From: Pirellulales bacterium
GTDB lineage: Bacteria > Planctomycetota > Planctomycetia > Pirellulales > JAICIG01
Direction: 5' to 3'
Assembly (NCBI GenBank): GCA_040901675.1
Contig: JBBDYJ010000013.1
Span: 1 to 64,000 of the forward strand
Length of the DNA stretch: 64,000 nucleotides
Positions 52,665-62,104 of this stretch are shown here, piece after piece (position 1 is the first letter of the stretch; the number at the start of each line of letters is the position of its first letter). Under the pieces are notes generated by a model. It was not told the DNA's origin, ran no database searches, and worked only from the letters and a program-made list of their open reading frames with translations. The translations under genes were made by a program, and so were the position numbers.

Positions 52665-54629
52665 ATGGCTCTGACTGTTCGTGAACTCCGCCTACCCGAT
52701 CGCAACCTGCCAGCGCGCCCAAACGGCCGCCCACGCCGAGCCGCCGCAGTCGCGCTGGCCTGTGCGCTGACGGGCAGCACGCTGGCCGGCACCGTGCAGG
52801 CGGCCGCCCCAACCGCCGAAAAGGCGCTGCAGCTCACGCCCGTGCAAAAAGATGTCGAGTACGACCGGCCCAGCGAGTCGGAAGCCAAACGCGCGACCAT
52901 CAAGGCCGAACAGATCGGCAGCCAAACCGGCTGGGTGGTGCGTTCCGCCGCCGGCCAGGTGCTGCGGCAGTTCGTCGATACCAACGGCGACAACGTCGTG
53001 GACCAGTGGTCATACTTCCTCAACGGCCTGGAGGTGTACCGCGACGTCGACTCGAACTTCAACGGCAAGGCCGACCAGTACCGCTGGCTGAATACGGGCG
53101 GCAGCCGCTGGGGGGTCGACGACAACGAAGACGGCGAAATCGAGGCTTGGGAGCGGATCTCGGCTGAGGAAGTCAGCGCGGAAGTGGTGCGGGCCCTGGC
53201 CGAGCGCGACAGCGGCCGCTTCGCCCGGCTGCTGCTGCCGGCCGACGAGCTGAAGTCGCTCAATCTGGGGCAGGCCAAAGCCAAATCGCTCCAGGAAAAG
53301 CTGGCCAAGGCGATCGCTTTGTTCAAAACGATGGCGGCCCGCCAGCAGACCGTGAGCAACACGACCCAGTGGGTCGATTTCAGCGGGAGTCAGCCGGGCA
53401 TCGTGCCCAAGGGGACCGACGGCATCGGCAAGGACCTGCTGGTTTACGAAAACGTGATGGCCATGGTCGAAACCGATGGCAAGCACGCCCAAGTGCAGAT
53501 CGGCACGCTGATCCAGGTGGGTGACAACTGGCGGCTGGTCGACGCGCCGGAGCTGATCGACCAGGGGCACGCCAACGCGTCCGGCGGCGGATTCTTCTTC
53601 ACCTCGCTGGCCAGCCGGTCCGAGACGGGCGGCGATGCGCCGGGCGGTCCCGACGGCAAGACGCAGGAACTGCTGGCCCGGCTGGAGAAGCTGGACGAGG
53701 TGGGCGCGGTCACCGGCGACACACAGGAGCATGCCGCGGCCGTTGCCGAGCGATGCGATCTCTTGGAAGAAATCGCCGCCAGCGTCGGCACGGCGGACGA
53801 ACGCCGGCAGTGGCTGCGGCAACTGGCCGACACCGTGAGCGCCGCGGTGCAGGCCGGCAGCTACCCGGAGGGAGTCGAGCGATTGAAGTCCTTGCAGCAG
53901 AAGCTGGAAGCGGATGATGCGGAACTGGCCGGCTACGTCCGCTTCCGCTATTTGACGGCCGAGTATGGCCTGAACCTGCAGTCGGGCAGCGGCGATTTCG
54001 CCAAGATCCAAAGCCGCTGGCTGGAGAGCCTGCGAGAGTACGTCGACGACTACCCGACCAGCCCGGACACGGCCGAGGCGATGCTGCAGTTGGGGATCGC
54101 CGAGGAGTTCGCCGGCGAGGAGGACGAGGCCAAGAAGTGGTACACCCAGATCGTGGCCAGTTTTCCCGAGTCGCCCTCGTCGCAAAAAGCGGCGGGCGCC
54201 AAGACGCGCCTGGCTTGCGTCGGAAAGCAGATCGAGATCAAGGGTGCCAGCCCCACGGGCAAGATGGTCAGCCTGGCCCAGTTGCGCAAGAAGGTCGTGC
54301 TGATCCAGTATTGGGCTACCTGGTGCGAGCCGTGCAAGACGGACCTGGCCCAGATCAAGGAATTGCAGGCCAAGTACGGCAAGGACGGCTTTGTCATCAT
54401 CAGCATCAGCCTCGACAGCCGCAAAGAGGACCTGCTCGGCTACCTGAAGAGCAATCCGCTGCCCTGGCTGCACATCTACGAGCCGGGAGGCCTCGACAGC
54501 CGGCTGGCCAACGAGCTGGGAATCCTGACGTTGCCCACCATGCTGCTGGTGAACCAGCAGGGCGAGGTGGTGAACCGCAGCATTCACGTGACCGAGCTCG
54601 ACAAGGAGATCCGCACGTTGCTGCGGTAG
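52665..54629 (+). CDS. Exported TlpA/redoxin-domain protein with helical (TPR-like) region
   Basis: Signal peptide; DTNGDNVVD-type loops; YWATWCEPC, LPT. Confidence 0.85.
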   Translation: MALTVRELRLPDRNLPARPNGRPRRAAAVALACALTGSTLAGTVQAAAPTAEKALQLTPVQKDVEYDRPSESEAKRATIKAEQIGSQTGWVVRSAAGQVLRQFVDTNGDNVVDQWSYFLNGLEVYRDVDSNFNGKADQYRWLNTGGSRWGVDDNEDGEIEAWERISAEEVSAEVVRALAERDSGRFARLLLPADELKSLNLGQAKAKSLQEKLAKAIALFKTMAARQQTVSNTTQWVDFSGSQPGIVPKGTDGIGKDLLVYENVMAMVETDGKHAQVQIGTLIQVGDNWRLVDAPELIDQGHANASGGGFFFTSLASRSETGGDAPGGPDGKTQELLARLEKLDEVGAVTGDTQEHAAAVAERCDLLEEIAASVGTADERRQWLRQLADTVSAAVQAGSYPEGVERLKSLQQKLEADDAELAGYVRFRYLTAEYGLNLQSGSGDFAKIQSRWLESLREYVDDYPTSPDTAEAMLQLGIAEEFAGEEDEAKKWYTQIVASFPESPSSQKAAGAKTRLACVGKQIEIKGASPTGKMVSLAQLRKKVVLIQYWATWCEPCKTDLAQIKELQAKYGKDGFVIISISLDSRKEDLLGYLKSNPLPWLHIYEPGGLDSRLANELGILTLPTMLLVNQQGEVVNRSIHVTELDKEIRTLLR

Positions 54630-54639
54630 AGCGGAGAGG

Positions 54640-54735
54640 GAAGGCAGAAGGCAGAAGGAGGAAGGAGGAAGGAGAAAGAACGACCAGGGGACAAGGCGAC
54701 CAGGGGACAAGGCGACCAGGGGACAAGGCGACCAG
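54640..54735 (+). repeat. GAAGGCA/GAAGGAG heptamers followed by 16-bp tandem repeat CGACCAGGGGACAAGG x3.4
   Basis: Exact units at 54681, 54697, 54713. Confidence 0.9.
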
Positions 54736-54801
54736 AAGGAAGTAGGCTTGGCGAGAGGTCCTCCTCGTCGGCGGAACTTCTTTAGGGTTTGTAAAATTTT
54801 C

Positions 54802-54832
54802 AAAAGTGCCGCCGGAAGGGGGCACTTTTTTT
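54802..54832 (+). terminator. Putative intrinsic terminator
   Basis: AAAAGTGCC...GGCAC followed by T7. Confidence 0.55.
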
Positions 54833-54935
54833 GTTGGATCCGCAGAGCCGCGGCGGCCGGCCCGCTTCGGCAAGTTGTATCGGCGGGTCGCTTTATCACG
54901 CCGATCGTCCTGGCCATGAGTTGGGCCGAAGACGC

Positions 54936-54952
54936 TTGGCACGAAAGTCGCT
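54936..54952 (+). promoter_or_regulatory. Putative sigma54 (-24/-12) promoter
   Basis: TTGGCACGAAAGTCGCT, GG-N10-GC spacing exact. Confidence 0.6.
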
Positions 54953-55043
54953 CCCGGCACGGCAGGCCGTTTGGCGAACCGGCAGGAAGCCGGTCGGCGG
55001 CCCACGCCTGCGAGGCCGGCGGAACGGAATCCGGGAGCGATGA

Positions 55044-55313
55044 GTGATGAACGAGACCCACCTCGAATGGGCCATTTATGGTCTGGCGATCGTCCAGACG
55101 GCCGGCTTGCTGAGTGCCTGCCTGGCAAGGCTGGGTGAAGGATCGACTCGGCAAGCCGGCTGCCAATGGCTGTTTTTCGGCTGCTTGTCGCTGGTCGGAC
55201 TGGCGACGATGGTGGCCCTGGCGGTCGGGCCGGGCGCCTGTCTGGCCAGCGGCACGACGCTGACCGTGATGGTTTTGACGGCGACCTGGGACTTCAGCCG
55301 GGCCGTTCTCTGA
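55044..55313 (+). CDS. Small 3-TM hypothetical protein
   Basis: GGGAG SD; three hydrophobic segments ending ATWDF. Confidence 0.7.
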   Translation: MMNETHLEWAIYGLAIVQTAGLLSACLARLGEGSTRQAGCQWLFFGCLSLVGLATMVALAVGPGACLASGTTLTVMVLTATWDFSRAVL

Positions 55314-55614
55314 CGCCGGGGCGACGCAACCCCCGTTTGGCCATGGGTTTGCGAGTTACCCCCTTCTACCGGCAAATGGGTCCGAACGGGTAGGATCCCT
55401 AAAATCGAAAAAAAGCTTCCCTTCGGAACATCGCCCGGCCGAAACCTATAGACAGGCATTACTGATCGGGGGTGAGGTTGCGCGGGGGGTACCAAACGCA
55501 ACTTCCATGGGCCGCCCTGGCGGCTCACCTCCTCCATTGCCTCGCCGCCCGATCACCGCTCGCGTTGAGCAGAGAACAAGGCAGACTGCCGTGATCCATA
55601 GGAGGAGGGGAAGC

Positions 55615-56712
55615 ATGCGACGCTTCATTCTGGGTGTGGCGATTGCAATCGCCTGTCTTTCGCCGGGCTTGGCCTCGGCGTCGGACCAGGAAACCGCGCA
55701 GCGAATTGCCGACACGCTGCGGCAAAGCGGCCGCCTGGCCGACTACAGCATCGGCGTCAAGTTCCAGGGGGGCGCCGCCTGGCTGCTGGGCCGAGTCAGC
55801 AGCGCCGAACAGATGGCCACCGCGGTCCAGATGGCCGAACGGATGCCGGAGGTTTCCTCGGTAGTCAACAACCTGGAGATCAAGGCCGCCGGGCATCGCC
55901 CGGCAGGGGCCAAGCAACCGGTGGTTCGGGCCGCGGCCAGCCGCAGCAACCGCACCGTGGTGCGCTTGCCCGAGCAGACGGCCGACGAACACGTTCAGCG
56001 GGCGGCCGGCGAAGTGTCGTTCCCGGACCACCTGGGCACGGGCCAGCGCGACACGCTGGGTGCCTTGGACCAGGGGTCGCGCGGGCCTTCGGTCCGCCGG
56101 GCCAGCCAGACTTCGGGGCGGATGGCTCCGATGCCCCTGGGCGAGCAGCTTCAAGGAACGCCAACGCTGGCTCCGGCTCCGCAGGGCTACCATCAACTGG
56201 CCCAGGCGGCTCCCGGCTCGTTCCCGGGCCAGGTGCACCAGGCGCCCTACCAGGCGGGCACGGAAGGCGGGTTGCACCCGCTGACCCAGCAAGCGCCGTT
56301 TCAAGGCCCGCCGGTCCCGGCAGGCACGCGGCAGGGTCGCGGTGTCCCGTTGGGGCAGCCGGTTACCCCCGGTATGACGCGAGCTGCCGGCTACCAGATG
56401 GTCGCCGGCGGGGGGCCTCCAGGCCAAGGGTTCGCTGGTGGTGCAATGCCGTCGCACGCCGAAGCGGTTCCGGGCGGAGCCGCGCCGGCCTACTACGACC
56501 AGCCGCACATGCCCAACTATGCCTGGCCCAGCTACGCCGCATACCCCAACTATGCGGGCTTGACGTATCCCAAGCAGTATTCGCCGACGGCCTGGCCGTA
56601 CATCGGACCGTTTTATCCCTATCCGCAGGTGCCGCTTGGCTGGCGGAAAGTGACGCTGGAGTGGGACGACGGTTGGTGGTTCCTGGACTTCGACGACCGG
56701 CGCTGCCAATAG
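55615..56712 (+). CDS. BON-domain exported protein with Tyr/Pro/Trp-rich C-terminus
   Basis: AGGAGGAGG SD; signal peptide; LLGRV...EVSSVVNNLEI; ends YPQVPLGWRKVTLEWDDGWWFLDF. Confidence 0.85.
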   Translation: MRRFILGVAIAIACLSPGLASASDQETAQRIADTLRQSGRLADYSIGVKFQGGAAWLLGRVSSAEQMATAVQMAERMPEVSSVVNNLEIKAAGHRPAGAKQPVVRAAASRSNRTVVRLPEQTADEHVQRAAGEVSFPDHLGTGQRDTLGALDQGSRGPSVRRASQTSGRMAPMPLGEQLQGTPTLAPAPQGYHQLAQAAPGSFPGQVHQAPYQAGTEGGLHPLTQQAPFQGPPVPAGTRQGRGVPLGQPVTPGMTRAAGYQMVAGGGPPGQGFAGGAMPSHAEAVPGGAAPAYYDQPHMPNYAWPSYAAYPNYAGLTYPKQYSPTAWPYIGPFYPYPQVPLGWRKVTLEWDDGWWFLDFDDRRCQ

Positions 56713-56844
56713 AAGCCTGCCGGCCCGGCCGCCACGAAGCACGGCCTGGTGCTAGCGTCGCACAGAACCTCCCGTGGCGGGAGCCGGCAAGTTCGAGAGC
56801 AAACAAGTTCGAGAGCAAAAGCGGCTGAAGCGTCGCTCCAAACG

Positions 56845-56881
56845 CCCCTCCGGAGCTTTTTTGCTCCGGCGGGGTTTTTTT
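56845..56881 (+). terminator. Intrinsic terminator
   Basis: CCCCTCCGGAGC-T6-GCTCCGGCGGGG followed by T7. Confidence 0.8.
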
Positions 56882-56935
56882 GCCGCACGTCGGCGCGCAG
56901 CGTAGCAACGGCGCAAGGTAATCTTCCTCACGATC

Positions 56936-57019
56936 GACTGGGGCACGCTTATCGCTTTGCCCCAGCCACCCACCTCGCTTTGCCCCAGCCACCCACCTCG
57001 CTTTGCCCCAGGCACCCAC
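56936..57019 (+). repeat. CTGGGGCAC-family copy whose 3' 23-mer is triplicated
   Basis: TCGCTTTGCCCCAGCCACCCACC at 56952, 56975, 56998. Confidence 0.9.
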
Positions 57020-57211
57020 GGAGGCGGACCGGTCCGGCCGGTCGGGGATTCTTTCACGCACGGCCTTTCTTTACGCACAACCGGAAAAATCCGCAAGTTC
57101 GCCAGAGTTTGTCACGATAAGTAGGACTAGTTCACGCGTGGACAAACCACGCACTCGTTCAATCCCAGGCCAAGCGGACACGGATCGAGACAGGTCAAAC
57201 GAGGAGCGCCC

Positions 57212-57793
57212 ATGTCATCCAAGGCCCTTCAAACTTCGCTGTTTGCCCTGCTGGCCGCGTCGCTGCTGGCGTCCACCGGCTGCACGTTTCCGTTCAACAG
57301 CTCGTTTGGGCCGAGCGTCGAGTTTCCGTTTCCGATTCCCGTCAGCCCCTATTTCCAGAAAGAGCAGGAAGACAAGTTCTGGATGAAGGAGCGTTATGCA
57401 CGGGTGCCGATTCTGGGACCGATTACGGCCGGTGGCCCTGCGATTGCCTTGGATCCCCCGTCGCCCGACGAGGTGATGCGGGCGTTGGAACGGGCCCGCC
57501 CGGTGGAGGGCGGCGTGCCGCTGTTGCACGAGGTGCAACGGAACAACGTGCAGATGACCATCGAACAGATCTCCGATTACGTCGATCCGCCCCGCGTCTA
57601 TCCGCTGATCGGGCCTGCCCAACTGCACCATGCCCACTACAAGTGCACGATCTACTACACCGAGGTGACGCGTGTCGGCTGGCCGTTGCCATACACGACC
57701 GTCGACGAAGACACCCGCGAAGTGATCTACATCGACCACAACCACTTCCACATGGTGGGCAACGTGGACGATGGCCCGGGCGGGCAATTGTAG
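57212..57793 (+). CDS. Putative lipoprotein of unknown function
   Basis: GAGGAG SD; lipobox-like ASTGC; HHAHYKC and IDHNHFH motifs. Confidence 0.8.
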   Translation: MSSKALQTSLFALLAASLLASTGCTFPFNSSFGPSVEFPFPIPVSPYFQKEQEDKFWMKERYARVPILGPITAGGPAIALDPPSPDEVMRALERARPVEGGVPLLHEVQRNNVQMTIEQISDYVDPPRVYPLIGPAQLHHAHYKCTIYYTEVTRVGWPLPYTTVDEDTREVIYIDHNHFHMVGNVDDGPGGQL

Positions 57794-57826
57794 GCCTCCC
57801 TTGCAGGCCAGTGGCTTGCCGCCGCC

Positions 57827-60787
57827 ATGTCCGCAACTTGCACCAAATGGATTCTGGCCATCGTTGTGGCGGCCGTTGCGACAGCTCCTTCGGCATGGGC
57901 GGGCCCAGCCGACGACCAGTACGCCGTGGCCGCCGGGCACTACAACCAGCGGCGATGGCATCTGGCGATCGATGAGTTCGACGTCTTTCTCGAGCAGCAC
58001 GACGACGACGCGAAGGCCGACCGGGCGTTGTTCTATTCGGCCGAATCGCTGGTGCAACTGCGGCGGTTCGATGAGGCCGCCGGCCGGTTCCGCCGCTTCC
58101 TGGCCCGCAATTCGGACGCGCGGCTGGCACCCAAGGCCCTGTTCCGGGCCGGCGAGTCGGCCTACCTGGCGGGCCACCTCGACGATGCCCGCCGCGAGCT
58201 GACCGAGTTCGTCCGGCAGGCGCCCGACGACACCTTGCGGGCCTACGCGATCGCCTATCTGGGCGACGTCGCCCTGCGCCGGCGGGAGGCTGCCGAAGCG
58301 CGGCAGCACTTCAACGACGGCCTCGAACGTTTTGCAAATGGGCCACTCGAGGACGACTACCGTTTCGGCCTGGCCAGGGCCCTGGAGCAACTGGGCGAGC
58401 AGGAGCAGGCGCGGCGGCTCTACGCGGCGCTGGCCGCCAAGACCCAGGGCGCCTTGGCCGACGACGCCCAGTTTTACCTGGGAGCCAGCCACTACGCCGC
58501 CGGCGAATACCAAGCCGCACTCGAGGCGTTCGACGCCTTTGAAACGAGCTTTCCGACAAGCAAATGGCGCGGCCAGGCCGGGCTTGCGGGAGGGCAGGCG
58601 CTGTTCTTTCTGGCGCGCTACGACGAGGCAGCCGAGCGGTTCGAGGCCTTGCAGGGTGCCACTGCCACCCTCGAAGCACGCTATTGGCTGGGACTCGTGC
58701 AAAAGGCCCGACAGCAGTGGGCGGCCGCTGCCGCCACGCTGCTGGCCGCCGCAGCCGAACTGGATCAACAAGCCGATCAACCAGGCGAGATCGCGCCGCC
58801 AGTTGACCTGAAAACCGTTGAGCAGAAGCCAGTTGAGCAGAAGGAGGGCCCGACCGGCGAAGGGGTCGGCCGCGGCGATCCCGCCAAGCCGCTCTCCGGC
58901 GCTCGCCACTGGCTGGGGCCCGCCCTGCGGTTTCACGCCGGGGAGTGCCTGCTGAAGGAGGGCCGTCATGACAAAGCCGCCCGGCAGTTCGAGCTGGTGC
59001 TGGCCCGCTGGCCTGAGAGCGATCTGGCCGACGACGGCGCGTTGGGCAACATCCGCGCTGCGGCGGCTGCCGGCAAGCACGACGCCGTTGAGCGGTTGGT
59101 CGATGACTTCCGGCGACAGCACGAAACCAGCCCCTTGAGGCCCGCGGCCGACCATGTACTGGCTACTTCGCTGATCGCGCTGGGCAAGTTCGGCGACGCG
59201 GTTGCGCCGCTGGAATCATACCTGGCCGCCGAGGGCAAGAGTGAAGACGCTTGGGCCCAGGGACAGTTGGCCGTGTGCCATGCCCAGACCGGTCAGCTCG
59301 ATCGGGCCAAGGAGCTGTTCCGGACGCTGGCGCGCAACCAGGCGGAGCATGAGGCGATCCGGCCCACAACCAGGGCGCTGGCCGAGGCGGCCCTGCGAGC
59401 GGGCGACCCGGATTGGGCCGCCGAGCTGTTTGGCACCTTGACTGACGACTCGCAAGCGTCCGGCCTCACGGCCAAGGGCTTGTCGGGCCTTGCCTGGAGC
59501 CAGGTCAAAGCGGGCAAGCTCGAACTGGCGGCCGCCACTTTCGACCGCCTGCTCGAACAAGCTCCTGCCGGCGAACTGGCTGCCGAGGCGGCCCTGGCTC
59601 GCGGCCAGATTCTCCAACGGCTGGGCCAGGCCGAGCAGGCGCTGCCGATGTACCAGCGGGTGATCGCCGAGCATCCACAGAGCGTTCAACTGAGGCAAGC
59701 CTTGTTGGGCGCTGCCCGCCTTCACGATCAACTCCAGCAGGATGCCGAGGCCGGCGCGCTGTATGCCCGCTTGGAGGCCGAGTTTTCCGACCATCCGCGG
59801 CACGATGGCGTGGTTTATGAATGGGCCTGGGTGCAGCGCGACCTGGGCCGGCACGGCGAAGCCGATGCGCTGTTCGAGCGGCTGCGGGGCCAGGCTCCGC
59901 GGGGCCGCTACTGGGCCGACGCGGTTTACCGGCTTGCCGAGCGGGCCCTTGACAGCAACGAGCTCGATCGGGCCCTGGAACTTGCGGAAGAGTTGCTGGC
60001 GAGCGGCGCCGGGGCCGAGATTCGGCCCCACGCCCTGTGGTTGACGGCCCAAGTGGCCATCGTCCGTGAACAATGGGCCCAGGCCGCCCAGCCGCTCGAA
60101 CGGCTGGTGGCTGAGTTTGCCGAGCACCCGTTGAGGTTGCTCGCTGACTATTACCTGGCCGAGTCGGCCTATCGCCAAGACGACCTGGCCGTGGCCGACG
60201 AGCGGTTTGCCCGGCTGGCCGAGCAGGCGGAAGGCGGCCGCGAGAAATGGCTGGCCATGGTCCCGCTGCGGCGGGCGCAGATCCTGGCGCATCAAAAGCG
60301 GTGGCGCGAAGCACTGGAATCGGCCCAAGCGATCGCGGCCGAGTTTCCCGGCTTCGAGCAGCAGTACGAGGCCGATTACGTGATCGGCCGGGCGTTGGCC
60401 AGCCTGGCCGAGTTCGATCGGGCTCGCGAGGCTTACCAGCGCGTGACCCGCTCGCCGACGGGAGGCAAGACCGAAACGGCCGCCATGGCGCAATGGATGA
60501 TCGGCGAAAGCTATTTTCACCAGCGCAACTACCAGGCGGCCCTGCGGGAATACCTGCGCGTGGAGATCCTCTACGACTATCCCACCTGGCAGGCAGGGGC
60601 GCTGTTGCAAGCGGGGAAGTGCCACGAGCTGCTGGGCGACTGGCAGCAAGCCGAGAAGTTGTATGAGCGGATTGTGAAGCTGTATACCGAAACCGACTTT
60701 ACCGACGAGGCCGGGCGGCGGCTGCAAGCGGCCCAGGCCCGCCGGATGCCTCCCGAGCCGCGACAGGCCAAAGGATTGGTGCCATGA
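57827..60787 (+). CDS. Exported TPR protein (CpoB/YbgF-like repeats)
   Basis: Signal peptide; many TPR units (ALFRAGE, AQFYLG, AQWMIGESYF). Confidence 0.88.
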   Translation: MSATCTKWILAIVVAAVATAPSAWAGPADDQYAVAAGHYNQRRWHLAIDEFDVFLEQHDDDAKADRALFYSAESLVQLRRFDEAAGRFRRFLARNSDARLAPKALFRAGESAYLAGHLDDARRELTEFVRQAPDDTLRAYAIAYLGDVALRRREAAEARQHFNDGLERFANGPLEDDYRFGLARALEQLGEQEQARRLYAALAAKTQGALADDAQFYLGASHYAAGEYQAALEAFDAFETSFPTSKWRGQAGLAGGQALFFLARYDEAAERFEALQGATATLEARYWLGLVQKARQQWAAAAATLLAAAAELDQQADQPGEIAPPVDLKTVEQKPVEQKEGPTGEGVGRGDPAKPLSGARHWLGPALRFHAGECLLKEGRHDKAARQFELVLARWPESDLADDGALGNIRAAAAAGKHDAVERLVDDFRRQHETSPLRPAADHVLATSLIALGKFGDAVAPLESYLAAEGKSEDAWAQGQLAVCHAQTGQLDRAKELFRTLARNQAEHEAIRPTTRALAEAALRAGDPDWAAELFGTLTDDSQASGLTAKGLSGLAWSQVKAGKLELAAATFDRLLEQAPAGELAAEAALARGQILQRLGQAEQALPMYQRVIAEHPQSVQLRQALLGAARLHDQLQQDAEAGALYARLEAEFSDHPRHDGVVYEWAWVQRDLGRHGEADALFERLRGQAPRGRYWADAVYRLAERALDSNELDRALELAEELLASGAGAEIRPHALWLTAQVAIVREQWAQAAQPLERLVAEFAEHPLRLLADYYLAESAYRQDDLAVADERFARLAEQAEGGREKWLAMVPLRRAQILAHQKRWREALESAQAIAAEFPGFEQQYEADYVIGRALASLAEFDRAREAYQRVTRSPTGGKTETAAMAQWMIGESYFHQRNYQAALREYLRVEILYDYPTWQAGALLQAGKCHELLGDWQQAEKLYERIVKLYTETDFTDEAGRRLQAAQARRMPPEPRQAKGLVP

Positions 60788-61665
60788 ACGTGCTGAAGTC
60801 AATCGACAAGTGGATCATGCGAACGATGTGCCTGCTGCTGCTCGCCGCGGCGGTGCTGGGCCCGCGGACATTCGCTCACGGGCAATGGGCGGGCGACCGA
60901 GTGGCCGTCGCGGGCGATGAACAAGGTCCGGACCGGCCGGCCACGCTGGAGGATGGCGAGCAGCCGGCGGCCGATGCGGCGATCCCGTCCAAGAACATGC
61001 TGCAGATCGTCAAGGCGGGCGGCATCCTGATGCTGCCGATCCTGTTGTGTTCGTTCATTCTCCTGGTCTTCGTGTTCGAACGGATGATCGCCTTGAGGCG
61101 GCGGCGCGTCGTCCCGCGGCCGTTCGTCAAGCGGTTCCTGCACCAGTTGCGTCAAGGAGAGCTGAACCGCGAGCAGGCCCTGGCGCTGTGCGAGGAGAAC
61201 AAGAGCCCGGTCGCCGAAGTGTTCGGCGGGGCGGTCCGCAAATGGGGGCGGCCGGCCGTCGAGGTCGAACAGGCGGTGCTCGACTCCGGCGAGCGGGCGG
61301 TGACCGGCCTGAGGCGCTACGTGCGGGTGTTCAACGCCGTGGCGACGGTCAGCCCGCTGTTGGGACTGCTGGGAACCGTGTTCGGCATGATCGCCGCCTT
61401 CAACGAGATCGCCACGGCCGATGCGATGGGCCGGCCCGAACAACTGGCCGCCGGCATCAGCGAGGCCTTGATCACCACGGCGGCCGGGCTGAGCGTGGCC
61501 ATTCCGGCCCTGTGCTGCTACCTGTTCTTCATCAGCCGCGTCGACCAGTTGGTCGTCCAGATCGATGCCCTGGGCCAGGAAGTGGTGGAGGTGATTTCGG
61601 CCGAGGGTCTGCAGGCGGCCAACCAACCCAAGGCGTCGCGGGCCAGCCGGCGCGACGCTGCCTGA
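60784..61665 (+). CDS. MotA/TolQ/ExbB proton-channel protein
   Basis: SPLLGLLGTVFGMI and GISEALITTAAGLSVAIPA; ATGA overlap with the TPR gene. Confidence 0.93.
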   Translation: MNVLKSIDKWIMRTMCLLLLAAAVLGPRTFAHGQWAGDRVAVAGDEQGPDRPATLEDGEQPAADAAIPSKNMLQIVKAGGILMLPILLCSFILLVFVFERMIALRRRRVVPRPFVKRFLHQLRQGELNREQALALCEENKSPVAEVFGGAVRKWGRPAVEVEQAVLDSGERAVTGLRRYVRVFNAVATVSPLLGLLGTVFGMIAAFNEIATADAMGRPEQLAAGISEALITTAAGLSVAIPALCCYLFFISRVDQLVVQIDALGQEVVEVISAEGLQAANQPKASRASRRDAA

Positions 61666-61682
61666 TCCGGAGTAACTGAATC

Positions 61683-62102
61683 ATGCCCCTGAAAACGCAT
61701 ATCGACGAGCAGCCGAGCTTGAACCTGACGTCGATGATCGACGTGGTGTTCCTGTTGATCATCTTCTTCATGGTCGGCACCCGGTTCGCGGAAATGGAAC
61801 GCAAGATCGGCTTGCGCGTGCCGGAGGTGAGCAATGCCGCCGCCCTGTCGGCCGCTCCGGAAAAGAAGGTGGTCCACGTTTACCGCGACGGGCAGTTGAC
61901 GCTGGACCGCGACTCGGTCTCGCTGGCCGATCTGACCGTGCGGCTGGCCACCGCGCGCAGCCAGTACCCGGACCTGGGCGTGCTGGTGCGAGGCGACGCC
62001 CAGGGGCCGTTTCAGAACGTGGCCGAAGTTCTGAACGCCTGCAAGCAGGCCGGCGTGGCCGAACTGGCGATCTCCGTCAAGCTGTCGACTAGCACGAGGT
62101 AG
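61683..62102 (+). CDS. ExbD/TolR protein
   Basis: LNLTSMIDVVFLLIIFFMV with conserved Asp; VRGD. Confidence 0.93.
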   Translation: MPLKTHIDEQPSLNLTSMIDVVFLLIIFFMVGTRFAEMERKIGLRVPEVSNAAALSAAPEKKVVHVYRDGQLTLDRDSVSLADLTVRLATARSQYPDLGVLVRGDAQGPFQNVAEVLNACKQAGVAELAISVKLSTSTR

Positions 62103-62104
62103 CC

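Noticed and set aside
54948..55040. Riboswitch before the small membrane gene
   Set aside because: TCGCTCCCGG/CCGGGAGCGA pairing exists, but no known aptamer was recognised and the 5' arm would precede the predicted sigma54 start site
56936..57019. Mini-CRISPR
   Set aside because: The 23-mers are directly abutting with no spacers
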